Notes: generated from the sequence alone by a model not told the origin. 64,000 nucleotides of DNA from Myxococcota bacterium (GCA_965247115.1 CBDFGR010000003.1:2048001-2112000), one strand, 5' to 3'; positions 21,294 to 31,514 are shown, numbered from the stretch's first letter. Translations and numbers: made by a program.

Positions 21294-22174
21294 TGGAACT
21301 CCGGGGAACCTACACCGCACTCGTAACGCCATTTCGCGCTGACGGAGGTATCGACTTCGACTCGCTCTCCTCGCTCGTGGAGTGGCAGATCGAGTCGGGG
21401 ATCGACGGACTGGTCCCGTGCGGCAGCACGGGAGAGGCGGCCACCCTCTCCCACGCCGAAGACGGGAGCGTGGTTCGTCACGTGGTCGACGTCGTGGCCG
21501 GGCGCGTACCGGTCGTGGCTGGAACGGGCTCCAACTCGACGCGCGAGGCGGCTGGGCGCACGCGGGAGGCCCGCGAGTCCGGGGCCGACGGCGCGCTGCT
21601 CATCTCGCCGTACTACAACAAGCCCACGCAGGACGGGATCTTCCTCCACTACCGCGAGGTCGCGGAAGAGTCGGGGCTACCCCTTGTGCTGTACAACATC
21701 CCGGGGCGCACGAGCTCGCGGATTGAGCCGGAGACCACGGCACGCTGCTCGCGCCTCCCGGGAGTGATCGGCCTCAAGGAGGCGGGCGGCGACCTGGGTC
21801 TGAGCTCCGAAACCATCGCGCAGTCCGACCCGGACTTCTCGGTCGTTTCCGGCGACGACTCCCTGACCCTGCCGTTGCTCGCCATCGGCGGGCGCGGCGT
21901 GATCTCCACCACGTCGAACGTGGCACCGGTGGAGATGGCTGCCATCGTGCAGGCCTTCTTCGACGGCGACACCGAGCGTGCGCGGCGCCTCCACTACGAG
22001 CTGCTTCCGCTCATGAACGCGCTCTTCATCGAGACGAACCCGATTCCGGTCAAGACCGCCTTGCAGATCCAGGGACGCATCGCGGATGCCACACTGCGGC
22101 TTCCCCTGACGGAGATGCAGAAGGGCAATCGCGACCAGCTCGAGGCCGCGCTCGGAGCCCTCGACCGCGCATGA
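21293..22174 (+). CDS. dapA: 4-hydroxy-tetrahydrodipicolinate synthase
   Basis: GSTGE, PYYNKP, YNIPGRT, GLKEA and ETNPIPVK motifs. Confidence 0.95.
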   Translation: MELRGTYTALVTPFRADGGIDFDSLSSLVEWQIESGIDGLVPCGSTGEAATLSHAEDGSVVRHVVDVVAGRVPVVAGTGSNSTREAAGRTREARESGADGALLISPYYNKPTQDGIFLHYREVAEESGLPLVLYNIPGRTSSRIEPETTARCSRLPGVIGLKEAGGDLGLSSETIAQSDPDFSVVSGDDSLTLPLLAIGGRGVISTTSNVAPVEMAAIVQAFFDGDTERARRLHYELLPLMNALFIETNPIPVKTALQIQGRIADATLRLPLTEMQKGNRDQLEAALGALDRA

Positions 22175-22965
22175 CACGCGTCGCGGTCGTCGGAGCCGCA
22201 GGTCGCATGGGCCACCACATCCTGCGGGCCCTGGAGTCCAGAGCGTCGTTCGACGTCGGCGCGGCCCTCGATAGCTCGAGCCACCCCGACCTCGGCAAGG
22301 AGGTCTCCCCTGGCGTCGAGCTCACGAGCGACCTCGGGGCGGCCCTCGCGAGTTGCGACGTCGCCATCGACTTCTCCGTCCCGTCCTCGACCCTTGAGCT
22401 GATCGCCGAGGCGAGACGCGCAACCGTCGCGAGACGCGCAACCGTCCCCCTCGTCATCGCGACGACCGGATTCGAGGAGCCACAGCTCGAAGACATCCGC
22501 AACGCTGCCGAGCAGCTACCGATCGTCATGGCCGCAAACTACTCGCTCGGCGTAAACGTCCTACTCGACCTGGCAGCGGAGGCCGCGCGCCGGCTCGAGG
22601 GCTACGAGATCGACATCCTCGAGATGCACCACGACCAGAAGGTCGACGCCCCGAGTGGCACGGCTGTGCGCCTGGGCCGCACCGTCGCCGCTGCCAGGGG
22701 CCAGGACTTCGACCGCGTCGCCATCTACCAACGCGAAGGCCAGACGGGCCCCCGCTCCCCCGACGCGATCGGAATGCAAACCCTCCGCCTGGGCGACAGC
22801 GTCGGCGAACACACCATCTACCTGGCAGGCCCCGGCGAACGGCTGGAGCTCTCCCACCGAGCCCTCTCCCGAGAAAACTTCGCCACCGGCGCCCTCCGCG
22901 CCGCCACCTGGATCCAAGACAAACCCCCGGGCCTCTACTCGATGGGTGACGTCCTCGGCTCTTAA
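22171..22965 (+). CDS. dapB: 4-hydroxy-tetrahydrodipicolinate reductase
   Basis: GAAGRMG, IDFS and EMHHDQKVDAPSGTA motifs. Confidence 0.95.
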   Translation: MTRVAVVGAAGRMGHHILRALESRASFDVGAALDSSSHPDLGKEVSPGVELTSDLGAALASCDVAIDFSVPSSTLELIAEARRATVARRATVPLVIATTGFEEPQLEDIRNAAEQLPIVMAANYSLGVNVLLDLAAEAARRLEGYEIDILEMHHDQKVDAPSGTAVRLGRTVAAARGQDFDRVAIYQREGQTGPRSPDAIGMQTLRLGDSVGEHTIYLAGPGERLELSHRALSRENFATGALRAATWIQDKPPGLYSMGDVLGS

Positions 22966-22983
22966 AGGATCAGCCTGCAGGGA

Positions 22984-23102
22984 GGCGGTGGAGGTCGGGA
23001 AACTTCCCCCGCAGGATCGTGTAGCGGTGCCCGAGGCGACCCCGCTGCAGATCCAGCTGAGTAGCGAGATCCGGCGGGGGAAGTTTCCCGACCTTCGCCG
23101 CC
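22984..23102. repeat. Family B long-hairpin element, copy 1
   Basis: About 35-bp inverted arms (ggaggtcgggaaacttccccc / gggggaagtttcccgacct) around a GTAGCGGTGCCCGAGGCG core; lies between convergent dapB and glnA. Confidence 0.9.
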
Positions 23103-23127
23103 GGATTCCCGACGAGAGCTCTTCCCT

Positions 23128-24552
23128 TTAGATATCGAAGTACAGCTCGAACTCATGCGGATGAGGCCGCAACGCAACCTGCTTGCACTCTCTCTCCCGC
23201 TTGTACTCGATCCAAGTCGACAGCGCGTCCTCCGTGAAGACATCGCCCTTCAGCAAGAACTCGTGATCCTCTTCCAGGCAGTCGAGAGCCTCTTCGAGCG
23301 TCCCAGGCATCACGGGCACGTGCGCGAGCTCCTCTGGCGACAGGGCGTAGATGTCCTTGTCGAGCGGGTCACCGGGGTCGATCTTGTTCTCGATCCCGTC
23401 GAGGCCGGCCATCAGCATGGCCGTGAACGCCAGGTACGGATTGCAGGTCGGATCGGGGAAGCGGATCTCGACGCGCTTTGCCTTCGGGCTCGGCGAGTAC
23501 ATCGGAATGCGGGCAGCCGCTGAACGATTCCGACTCGAGTACGCCAGGCTGACCGGAGCCTCGAAGCCTGGCACCAGACGTTTGTAGGAGTTCGTGGTCG
23601 GGTTCGTGAACGCCGCGAGGGCGCGCGCGTGCTGGAGCACACCACCAATGTAGTACAGACAGTCCGACGAGACGCCCGCGTACTCGTTGCCGGCGAAGAG
23701 CGGCTGGCCGTCCCGCCAGAGCGACTGGTGGACGTGCATGCCCGTGCCGTTGTCGTCGAAGACGGGCTTTGCCATGAAGGTCACCGTCTTGCCCGCGCTT
23801 CTTGCGACGTTCTTGACCACGTACTTGTAGAGCAGGAGCGAGTCCGCCATCTCTACCAGCGGCTTGAAGCGCATGTCGATCTCGGCCTGCCCTGCCGTCG
23901 CGACCTCGTGATGCTGGGCCTCGATCTGGATCCCGAGCTCCTCCATCTGCAGGACCATCTCGCTGCGAAGGTTCTGGAGCGAATCGCTCGGCGGGACCGG
24001 GAAGTATCCCTCCTTGTAGCGCGGCTTGTAACCCAGGTTCGGGCCCTCCTCCCGGCCGCTGTTCCAGCGGGCCTCGACCGAGTCCACGTAGTAGAAGCCC
24101 GAGCTCTGGCTCGTCTGATAGCGAACGTCATCGAAGATGAAGAACTCGGCCTCGGGTCCGAAGTAGGCCGTGTCCGCGATGCCGGTGAGCTTCAGATAGT
24201 TGATCGCCTTGGTGGCGATGTGCCGCGGATCTCGGGTGTACGACTCGCGCGTGATCGGGTCGACGATGTTGCAGATCATCGACAGGGTGGGATGATCGCA
24301 GAACGGATCGATGAAGGCGGTGTCCGGATCCGGAACCACGAGCATGTCGCTGGAATCGATGCTCTGCCAGCCGCGAATGCTCGAGCCGTCGAAGCCGAGC
24401 CCATCCTGGAAGGTGGACTCCTCCAGCTCGTGAAGGGGGACCGTGAAGTGCTGCCACATTCCGGGCCAGTCAATGAACTTTAGATCGACGAGCCGCGCGC
24501 CCTTGGCGCTCGCGAAGTCCAGTACGTCCTTGGGGGTTCTAGGGGTATGCAT
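23128..24552 (-). CDS. glnA: Type I glutamine synthetase
   Basis: [24 protein letters not shown] and NRSAAARIP motifs; adenylylation Tyr in KDIY. Confidence 0.96.
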   Translation of the reverse strand: MHTPRTPKDVLDFASAKGARLVDLKFIDWPGMWQHFTVPLHELEESTFQDGLGFDGSSIRGWQSIDSSDMLVVPDPDTAFIDPFCDHPTLSMICNIVDPITRESYTRDPRHIATKAINYLKLTGIADTAYFGPEAEFFIFDDVRYQTSQSSGFYYVDSVEARWNSGREEGPNLGYKPRYKEGYFPVPPSDSLQNLRSEMVLQMEELGIQIEAQHHEVATAGQAEIDMRFKPLVEMADSLLLYKYVVKNVARSAGKTVTFMAKPVFDDNGTGMHVHQSLWRDGQPLFAGNEYAGVSSDCLYYIGGVLQHARALAAFTNPTTNSYKRLVPGFEAPVSLAYSSRNRSAAARIPMYSPSPKAKRVEIRFPDPTCNPYLAFTAMLMAGLDGIENKIDPGDPLDKDIYALSPEELAHVPVMPGTLEEALDCLEEDHEFLLKGDVFTEDALSTWIEYKRERECKQVALRPHPHEFELYFDI

Positions 24553-24570
24553 CAGCTCCTCCGTGCGGGT

Positions 24571-24993
<423 letters not shown>

Positions 24994-25022
24994 TCACCAC
25001 CACTCCTCGCAACCTACCTTCC

Positions 25023-25061
25023 TGCCTAGAAAATAGGCAGGACTGCTCCACTGCCTGAGCA
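25023..25061. promoter_or_regulatory. Putative NtrC-type enhancer site(s)
   Basis: 17-bp palindrome TGCCTAGAAAATAGGCA (TGC-N11-GCA) plus TGCTC-N8-GAGCA, about 80-110 bp upstream of the sigma-54 site. Confidence 0.5.
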
Positions 25062-25068
25062 GCGTCAA

Positions 25069-26400
25069 TCAGTCGAAGACGTATGACACCTCCACGATTC
25101 CATACAGGGCATCGTCTTCGAAGCCGGAGCTGCTGTCGTCAGGGAAGATGTTGCCCCCGCCTCCGATCGTCCGGTCGTCGTCAGCCTTGTCGTAGCGGAG
25201 CTCGGTGCGGACCGTCAGGTGGTCTGTGAGCGCATACCTGAGGGTTCCAGTCAGGCTGTACGCCTCGAAGTCCGTCGTCACACCCGGGATCGTTCCCGAG
25301 ATACCGCGGATCGCCTCGTCGTCCTCGAAGTACTCCCCGCGCAGGGCGAAGCTCAGCTTGTCGGTGATGGTGAGGTTCGTTCCCAGCGCGATCCCCAACC
25401 AATCGGCGTCGCCGCCCGTTGGGTCGCCATCCTCTTGCTCGCCGTAGTCGACGTTCAGCCAGAAGGAGATCTCGTCGTTCAGCGTGTAGCTGGCGACCAG
25501 GTCGAGGATGAGCTGGTCGTCCGACGACCCGGGTTGACCCATCATCCCCTGGAACGCGTCGGCGCCGTGGTAGGTCGCGAGCGACGTGAAGAAGGGTCCC
25601 TGCTCGAACGAGATCAGGCCGATCACCCCCTTGCTGTCGTTGGTCTCGACGGTGTTGTTGAACCCGTTCACGACGCCGACGCTCCAGCCTACGTTCTCGC
25701 CGAGGCTGCCGCCCGCCATCAGCCCGGTGTGGTAGAGCGGGATGGCCCACGTGAAGAGAATGCCGTGCGTGACGTTGTAGTTCTTGTGCGAGTCGAGCAG
25801 CTCCCAGCCCAGCAGCGTCTCGAAGTTCCCCATCTTGAGCTCGACGCCGTTGTAGTTGTACGAGACGTAGGCCTGCTGAACGAACAGGCTGAAGTCATCG
25901 TCGCCAAAGGCACCCGCGCCGCCCGCTGTGGGTGACAGGAAGCGTGAGATGTCCGCGTTCTGGCCGTACAGCAGGTCGAGCTGGAAGCCCGCATCGCCCG
26001 GGTTGGTTGCGGGCTTGCCGATCTCCAGCTTGGCCGCGTCGAGACTGAACTCGTTGTTGTTGCAGTTGAACTGGCACAGCGGCTGGCCGCCGCTCGGACC
26101 GCTACGCGGGCTGTTGAAGTTGTAGAGGTACGACGTGGTGACGTGGCCGCCGACCTCCAGGCTCTGGAAGAAAGAATCGACCCCCGAGCCTTGAGAGACA
26201 GCAGGAGCTGCTTGGGATTTGAGCAGACCCTGCTGCTCTTCGATCACCCGCTCGCTGGCGTCGAGCTTGTCCTCGAGCGCCAGGAGACGCTCCTCCAGCG
26301 CCTGCATGCGCGCCTCGGACGCGTCGTCTGCGAATGCCGTTGTCGACCCGAAAACCCCCATGACGAGGGCGGTTACGAGCCCGACGAGCCTTCCGTACAT
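25069..26400 (-). CDS. Outer-membrane beta-barrel porin with N-terminal coiled coil
   Basis: Signal peptide, coiled coil, amphipathic beta strands and C-terminal VSYVF(D). Confidence 0.8.
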   Translation of the reverse strand: MYGRLVGLVTALVMGVFGSTTAFADDASEARMQALEERLLALEDKLDASERVIEEQQGLLKSQAAPAVSQGSGVDSFFQSLEVGGHVTTSYLYNFNSPRSGPSGGQPLCQFNCNNNEFSLDAAKLEIGKPATNPGDAGFQLDLLYGQNADISRFLSPTAGGAGAFGDDDFSLFVQQAYVSYNYNGVELKMGNFETLLGWELLDSHKNYNVTHGILFTWAIPLYHTGLMAGGSLGENVGWSVGVVNGFNNTVETNDSKGVIGLISFEQGPFFTSLATYHGADAFQGMMGQPGSSDDQLILDLVASYTLNDEISFWLNVDYGEQEDGDPTGGDADWLGIALGTNLTITDKLSFALRGEYFEDDEAIRGISGTIPGVTTDFEAYSLTGTLRYALTDHLTVRTELRYDKADDDRTIGGGGNIFPDDSSSGFEDDALYGIVEVSYVFD

Positions 26401-26511
26401 GGTCCTGGACTCCCCTCCGTCCGCCGTCCCCGCGCGGGCGACGAACCCCGACCTCGTCCCCGCGAAACCGACGCAAGGGAAGCATGAGATCCGTTCAGGG
26501 AAGGACCCCAG

Positions 26512-26528
26512 TGCAACTCCGGTGCCGA
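26512..26528 (-). promoter_or_regulatory. Putative sigma-54 promoter of the porin gene
   Basis: Minus strand TCGGCACCGGAGTTGCA, close to the TGGCAC-N5-TTGCA consensus. Confidence 0.6.
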
Positions 26529-26532
26529 GCGC

Positions 26533-27186
26533 CTACGACCGGAAGTCGCGTAACCAGCCCAGCGTTCGAGGCGTCAGCGCCTCGGACAGCTCCGGCTCGA
26601 GCAGCTCGAGGTCGGCCCCCGTGTCCACGTCGTAATGCGGGGGCAACAGCTCGGTACGGAGCCCAGCCTCCCTCGCGCGCTCGAGCGTCTGCTCGAGCAC
26701 GCTGGCGGTACTCATCTCGAGCTCGAACAACGCATCCTGGGGCTCCCGCAGCCCGATCAGGTTGTAGCCCCCATCGAGGTCGGGACACAGAACCACGTCA
26801 CTGTTCTCGAGCCGGGCAAAGGCCTCCTCGATCCGTTCGATCGGAAGCGTGGGACTGTCGCTGCCCCGCAGCACCAGCCGCGTGTAGCCCTCTACGACAT
26901 GGCGATGAAACAGATACTGCATCCGCTCGGCCAGGGTGTCTCCACGCTGCGGCAGCAGCCTGTACCCCTCCGGAACTGCGCTCCGAAACCACTGCTGTGC
27001 AGAGGTCGGCTCGTACCAGAGCACCCGATCAACGCCATCGCCCCGCGAGTGCTGATCGAGAATGTCGCGCAGCATCGCCTCATAGAACGAAGCCGCCTCC
27101 TCGAGAGAAAAGGGCGGCGAAAGCCGGGTCTTCACCTTCCCGGCCACCGGTTGCTTCGCGAACAACGCAAGCACGCGTGCGGGCAC
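26533..27186 (-). CDS. CofC-like/DUF2064 glycosyltransferase-fold protein
   Basis: FAKQPVAGKVKTRL, GSDSPTL, DGGYNLIG and YDVDT motifs. Confidence 0.8.
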   Translation of the reverse strand: MPARVLALFAKQPVAGKVKTRLSPPFSLEEAASFYEAMLRDILDQHSRGDGVDRVLWYEPTSAQQWFRSAVPEGYRLLPQRGDTLAERMQYLFHRHVVEGYTRLVLRGSDSPTLPIERIEEAFARLENSDVVLCPDLDGGYNLIGLREPQDALFELEMSTASVLEQTLERAREAGLRTELLPPHYDVDTGADLELLEPELSEALTPRTLGWLRDFRS

Positions 27187-27208
27187 TGGCGGGGATTATA
27201 GGGGGGCC

Positions 27209-27333
27209 GGGAGCCGGAGGTCGGGGGAACCTTCCCCGGCGGACTCCGCTCCTTGCGTGCTCAGAGGGGCCTGCTCGCCTCGGGTACCGCTACCACAGTC
27301 CGCCGGGGAAGGTTCCCCCGACCTCCGGCTCCC
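27209..27333. repeat. Family B long-hairpin element, copy 2 (core inverted)
   Basis: Perfect ~37-bp inverted arms; the reverse complement of the loop gives GTAGCGGTACCCGAGGCG. Confidence 0.9.
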
Positions 27334-27342
27334 TTTGGCTCT

Positions 27343-28260
27343 CTATTCGGGGCCTGTGACCGTGGTGGGAATGCCTTCGATTTCTAGGCTGGTGCCGGGC
27401 TGAGCCTGATTCTTGTGGACGTAGCCAAGCGCCAGCGGGCCTGTGGCGGCCGAGCTCGCAGCGCTCGTCACGCGGCCCACGTTTTTGCCATCAGCCATGA
27501 TCTTGGCTCCAGGAGCCACGGGCTGCTCGGGAGCGAGCGTGACGAGCAGCCGATTCACCGCGCCGCGCGAGTCGATACGCGCAACGATCTCCTGTCCGAC
27601 GTAGCAACCCTTGGTGAACGATACGGCTCGGTCGAGACGCGCTTCCTGGGGGAAGCTCCGGTCCGTGAAGTCGATGCCGTGCGCTGGGCGGCAGCCCTGG
27701 ATGCGCAGTACTTCACACGCCTCTGAAGAGAGGGAGGGCAGCTCGAGCGCCACCCGTAGGTCCGCCAGGGCCGCAGGGTCGCCGAGGATGCGGGCGCCTT
27801 CGGGCCCGAGGCTGCCGCCAGCGAGCCAGATGCGTCCGGACTCGTCGACCTCGAAGTGCCCGAGCGCCAGTGCGGCAGGAGCGTGTCCCGCGATCGCGGC
27901 CAGAGCACCCGGGCCCTCGATCCCGAGCTGCTCCCAGCCCTGCAACCGCACCAGCTCCACGTCGTCGGCAATGATGTGCTTCTCGAGCGTCTCGGCCAGA
28001 AGCGGCTCCACCGTTCCGAGCATGTCGAGCAGGACTTCGTCGGGCAGCACCAGGAGCGAGAGCTCTGCCAGGATGTGGCCTTTTCGGTCCAGCTGGAGCG
28101 AGTCACACAGCTCGCCCGGAGCCAGGATGGCCACGTCGTTGCTGACCATCCCGTTCAGGAAGCGGACGCGATCTCCCCCCGTCACGCGGATCACGCCTCG
28201 CGGACCCAGCTCACGAAGCGCGACGGAAGAGCCAACGACCTCCTCGAACGTCTCAGCCAT
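27343..28260 (-). CDS. ygfZ: Folate-binding Fe-S repair protein YgfZ/GcvT family
   Basis: KGCYVGQE signature. Confidence 0.88.
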   Translation of the reverse strand: MAETFEEVVGSSVALRELGPRGVIRVTGGDRVRFLNGMVSNDVAILAPGELCDSLQLDRKGHILAELSLLVLPDEVLLDMLGTVEPLLAETLEKHIIADDVELVRLQGWEQLGIEGPGALAAIAGHAPAALALGHFEVDESGRIWLAGGSLGPEGARILGDPAALADLRVALELPSLSSEACEVLRIQGCRPAHGIDFTDRSFPQEARLDRAVSFTKGCYVGQEIVARIDSRGAVNRLLVTLAPEQPVAPGAKIMADGKNVGRVTSAASSAATGPLALGYVHKNQAQPGTSLEIEGIPTTVTGPE

Positions 28261-28263
28261 CGT

Positions 28264-29202
28264 TCATGCCGCGCTCGCCCGGCGAGCCTGCATCTCCTTC
28301 CAGCGTCCCATCATCTTCTCGGCCACTGCGAGATCTACCTCGTTGTCGATGTCGATCGCCGCGCCGCCGAGCTCCGTCGTGACGAAGCGCAGCCGCGTGC
28401 GCAGCATTTTACCCATCCCACGCTCCACCGCCGGCAGCGAGACCCAGCTCCGCATTCGATCCGCAGCGCGCCTGTAGCCGTGCCGATCGAGGATGCCAGC
28501 CAGGTGCAGCACGATGAACAGGAACAGGACAGACAGGTTTCGGAACTCGTGGGTGAGCATACGCCACGCCAGCCGAAGTCCCTTTCCGAGCTCCTTCTGA
28601 TAGCGGTTCTCGTAGACCGCCTGGATGTAATGCCGGTTGCCCACGCGCAGCGGGCGCACCATCGTCAGGTTGTTCTGCCGGAAGCGCCCCTCCGCAAGGT
28701 TGAAGTACGCCATCGTGATTCCGTCTTCCCCGTCCCTTGGGGCGAACGGCTCGAGGGCCACGTCCGGAGACAGACCCAGCGCGTACTCGGCGTCGCTCTC
28801 GAGCGACTGCTGGAGGAAGCTGGAGATCTCCTGCGGCAACGCGAGGGGAATGTCGGCCGGGACTACGAGGATCGGATGGTCCGGGTCCAGGGTCCCCGGG
28901 GGCATCGTGAGCAGGAACGTCTCCCACACGTTCTCGTATAGAGAGTCGCGTTGGGGCAGGACGTGGAGCGGGCAGCCCCGGGCCGTGGCGAGCTCCGCAC
29001 AGCCCTCCTCGGCCATAGCCTTCTCGAGCCGTGGCACATCGCCAACGACCCAGATCTCGCTCACTTCGGGCGTGCGCAGTAGCGTCTCCAGCACGTAGAC
29101 GAACATGGGCCTGCCCGCGAGCTCCACGAACGTCTTGCTGCTGGCAGCGACGGCGCGGCTGGCGCCCTTGTCGCCAGCGACCAGAACGGCTTGGATCTGC
29201 AT
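28264..29202 (-). CDS. Nucleotidyltransferase (MobA/NTP_transf-like) family protein
   Basis: AVLVAG...SK...LAGRPM, ADIP and DIDN motifs. Confidence 0.7.
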   Translation of the reverse strand: MQIQAVLVAGDKGASRAVAASSKTFVELAGRPMFVYVLETLLRTPEVSEIWVVGDVPRLEKAMAEEGCAELATARGCPLHVLPQRDSLYENVWETFLLTMPPGTLDPDHPILVVPADIPLALPQEISSFLQQSLESDAEYALGLSPDVALEPFAPRDGEDGITMAYFNLAEGRFRQNNLTMVRPLRVGNRHYIQAVYENRYQKELGKGLRLAWRMLTHEFRNLSVLFLFIVLHLAGILDRHGYRRAADRMRSWVSLPAVERGMGKMLRTRLRFVTTELGGAAIDIDNEVDLAVAEKMMGRWKEMQARRASAA

Positions 29203-29414
29203 CGGTACTCTCCCCCGTGGCCGCGCCGGACGCGCCGCTACGCTCTTCCCTTTTCAGCGGCGTGGCGAAAAGGGTATCCCCTGTCGCGGACCACGCAAAA
29301 CCCCGCGCTCACCCTCATAGGTGGTCCGCTGCGCAGAGAAGTGTCGCGCCGCGCGACACTGCCGCATCCCGAGCACGCAGCTGTCCTGGCCAGGTGCGGG
29401 GATCGGGACGGTTC

Positions 29415-29490
29415 TGGTGGAGATGAGCGGGATCGAACCGCCGACCTCTGCGTTGCGAACGCAGCGCTCTCCCAGCTGAGCTACATCCCC
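29415..29490 (-). tRNA. tRNA-Ala(CGC)
   Basis: GGGGATGTAGCTCAGCTGGGAGAGCG CTGCG TTCGCAA CGCAG ... GGTTCGATCCC...CCA; 76 nt with encoded CCA. Confidence 0.96.
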
Positions 29491-29561
29491 TTCGCGATCT
29501 GACTCTAACGGCGTGCCGAGCTGCACGCCAAGTCCCCGAAAAAAGTGCCGATAGGAACCGA

Positions 29562-31514
29562 GTGAGCAGTCGAGTCATCGGTATCGATCTGGGCACGCTC
29601 AACAGCTGTGCCGCGTCGGTCGAGGACGGGCGCGCCGTCATCTTGAGCGAGGACCAGCACACGACCGTCCCGTCCTGCCTCGCGTTCAAGGGCGAGAAGG
29701 AGCTCGTCGGAGGGGCCGCAAAGCGCTACGCGGTGACTGACCCCGAGAACACCGTGATCGCGGTCAAGCGCCTGTTGGGTCACCCCTTCGATTCTGACGA
29801 GGTTCGCGCGGCAACCATAGCCGCACCGTACAAGATCGTGGCCAGCTCCAAGGGCGGTGTACTGCTCAAGATCTCAGGCCATGAGCTGACACCGATTCAG
29901 GTCTCGGCTCGGGTTCTGGGCCGCGTGCGCGAGCTCGCGGAGAAGGCGCTCGGCGAGTCCGCGACCAAGGCCGTAGTCTCCGTCCCCGCACACTTCAACG
30001 ACGTGCAGCGCAAGGCAACGAAGCTGGCCGCCGAGTCCGCAGGCATCGAAGTGATCCGTCTTATCAACGAGCCCACGGCGGCCGCCTTTGCCTACGGTTA
30101 CAAGAAGGGCAGGGACTTCACGCTCGCGGTCTACGATCTCGGCGGCGGAACCTTCGACGTCACGATCATGCGCGCACGGGGAGACACCTTCGAAGTGCTG
30201 GCCACCGACGGGGACTCCTACCTCGGCGGCGAGGACTTCGATGCTGCGATCGCCGGCTGGCTCCGGGAGGAGTTCGAACGTCAGCACAACTCCCGCCTAG
30301 AAGGCGACGACACCGCGCTCCTGCGTCTCAGGGAGGCGGCCGAGAAGGCCAAAATCGAGCTGGCCGAGGTCGACACGGCTCAGATCGAGCTGCCCTACCT
30401 GGCGCAGCTCCCCGACGGTGGACACGTCGACTTCTCGACGACGCTGACCCGAAGCAAGGCGAACGAGCTCGTCCAGCCGTTGATCCAGAGGACGCTGGAG
30501 CTCTGCTCCCGCTGCATCGAGAATGCCATGGTCGCTCCCGTTGAGCTCGACGACGTGCTCCTCGTCGGCGGCCAGAGCCGCATGCTGGCGGTGCAGGAGG
30601 CAGTTGCCGGGCTCTTCAAGACGGACCCACGACGCGACATCAATCCCGACGAAGTGGTCGCGCTCGGAGCCGCCCTCTACGGGTACTCGATCTCCGCGGA
30701 CTCGCTCAAGGCGTCCGCCGAGGACGCGGCGGGAGACGCCCTGGGCATGGCCTTGAAGGAAACTGGAATCGCGCGCAAGCTTCTCAACAGCGTCGACGAG
30801 GTGCAACAGCACTCGTCGAGCGACGACTCGCTGCAGACCTTGCTCGATGATCTGCTCGATGCGCAGGGTACCGGAGGCACGGATGAGCTGACCAGCGATC
30901 CAGACGCAGATCTGCCGGCGGCCTCCAAGAGGGTTCGCAACGAGCTGCTGGAGCTCGACTACAAGATGTCCGAGCTCACCGAGAAGCTCGACACGGATTC
31001 CCCTGAAGGCCTCGAAGCGGCTCTCGAGCAGATCTCCGAGCAGCTCAGTGCAGCACACTCCTTCTCGGACGAAGCGAATGAGTATCTCGAAGAGGCAGAG
31101 CAGCATGCCTCCGCGCGCAAGATCGAGCTGCAAGACGTCACCTCGCTGCCGCTGGGGATCGGAACCATCGGCAACGTCCTCTCGATCCTGATCGACCAGA
31201 ACACTCCGGTGCCTACAGAGCACCGGCGCATGTTCACGACGAACGAGGACGCGCAGGAGGAGGTCGAGATCTGCGTCTACCAGGGACGCTCGCGCGACGC
31301 GAGCGTGAACCAGCTGCTGGGCGCCTTCACTCTGTGGGGCATTGCGGCGGCACCGCGGCTCACACCAAAGATCGAGGTCGCCTTCTACATCGACGAGGAC
31401 GGCATCCTCTCGGTCAGCGCCTCCGACGCCGCCTCCGGAGCCCAGCAGAGCATCCGCGTAGAGGACCCCCTCGGCGTCCAGGCCACCCAGTCCCACCGCA
31501 AACCAGGGCGGTAA
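29562..31514 (+). CDS. Atypical Hsp70/DnaK-family protein
   Basis: GIDLGT, VPAHFND, NEPTAAA, DLGGGTFD and NPDEVVA motifs; long insertion before DVTSLPLGI; no C-terminal lid. Confidence 0.9.
   Translation: MSSRVIGIDLGTLNSCAASVEDGRAVILSEDQHTTVPSCLAFKGEKELVGGAAKRYAVTDPENTVIAVKRLLGHPFDSDEVRAATIAAPYKIVASSKGGVLLKISGHELTPIQVSARVLGRVRELAEKALGESATKAVVSVPAHFNDVQRKATKLAAESAGIEVIRLINEPTAAAFAYGYKKGRDFTLAVYDLGGGTFDVTIMRARGDTFEVLATDGDSYLGGEDFDAAIAGWLREEFERQHNSRLEGDDTALLRLREAAEKAKIELAEVDTAQIELPYLAQLPDGGHVDFSTTLTRSKANELVQPLIQRTLELCSRCIENAMVAPVELDDVLLVGGQSRMLAVQEAVAGLFKTDPRRDINPDEVVALGAALYGYSISADSLKASAEDAAGDALGMALKETGIARKLLNSVDEVQQHSSSDDSLQTLLDDLLDAQGTGGTDELTSDPDADLPAASKRVRNELLELDYKMSELTEKLDTDSPEGLEAALEQISEQLSAAHSFSDEANEYLEEAEQHASARKIELQDVTSLPLGIGTIGNVLSILIDQNTPVPTEHRRMFTTNEDAQEEVEICVYQGRSRDASVNQLLGAFTLWGIAAAPRLTPKIEVAFYIDEDGILSVSASDAASGAQQSIRVEDPLGVQATQSHRKPGR

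Noticed and set aside
23020..23070. Hammerhead-ribozyme-like CTGA motif in the family B loop
   Set aside because: Reads CTGAGTA rather than CUGANGA, has no GAAA partner, and is not conserved in all copies
29203..31514. Genomic island integrated at tRNA-Ala
   Set aside because: No integrase, no duplicated tRNA 3' end seen, and flanking genes have host-like composition
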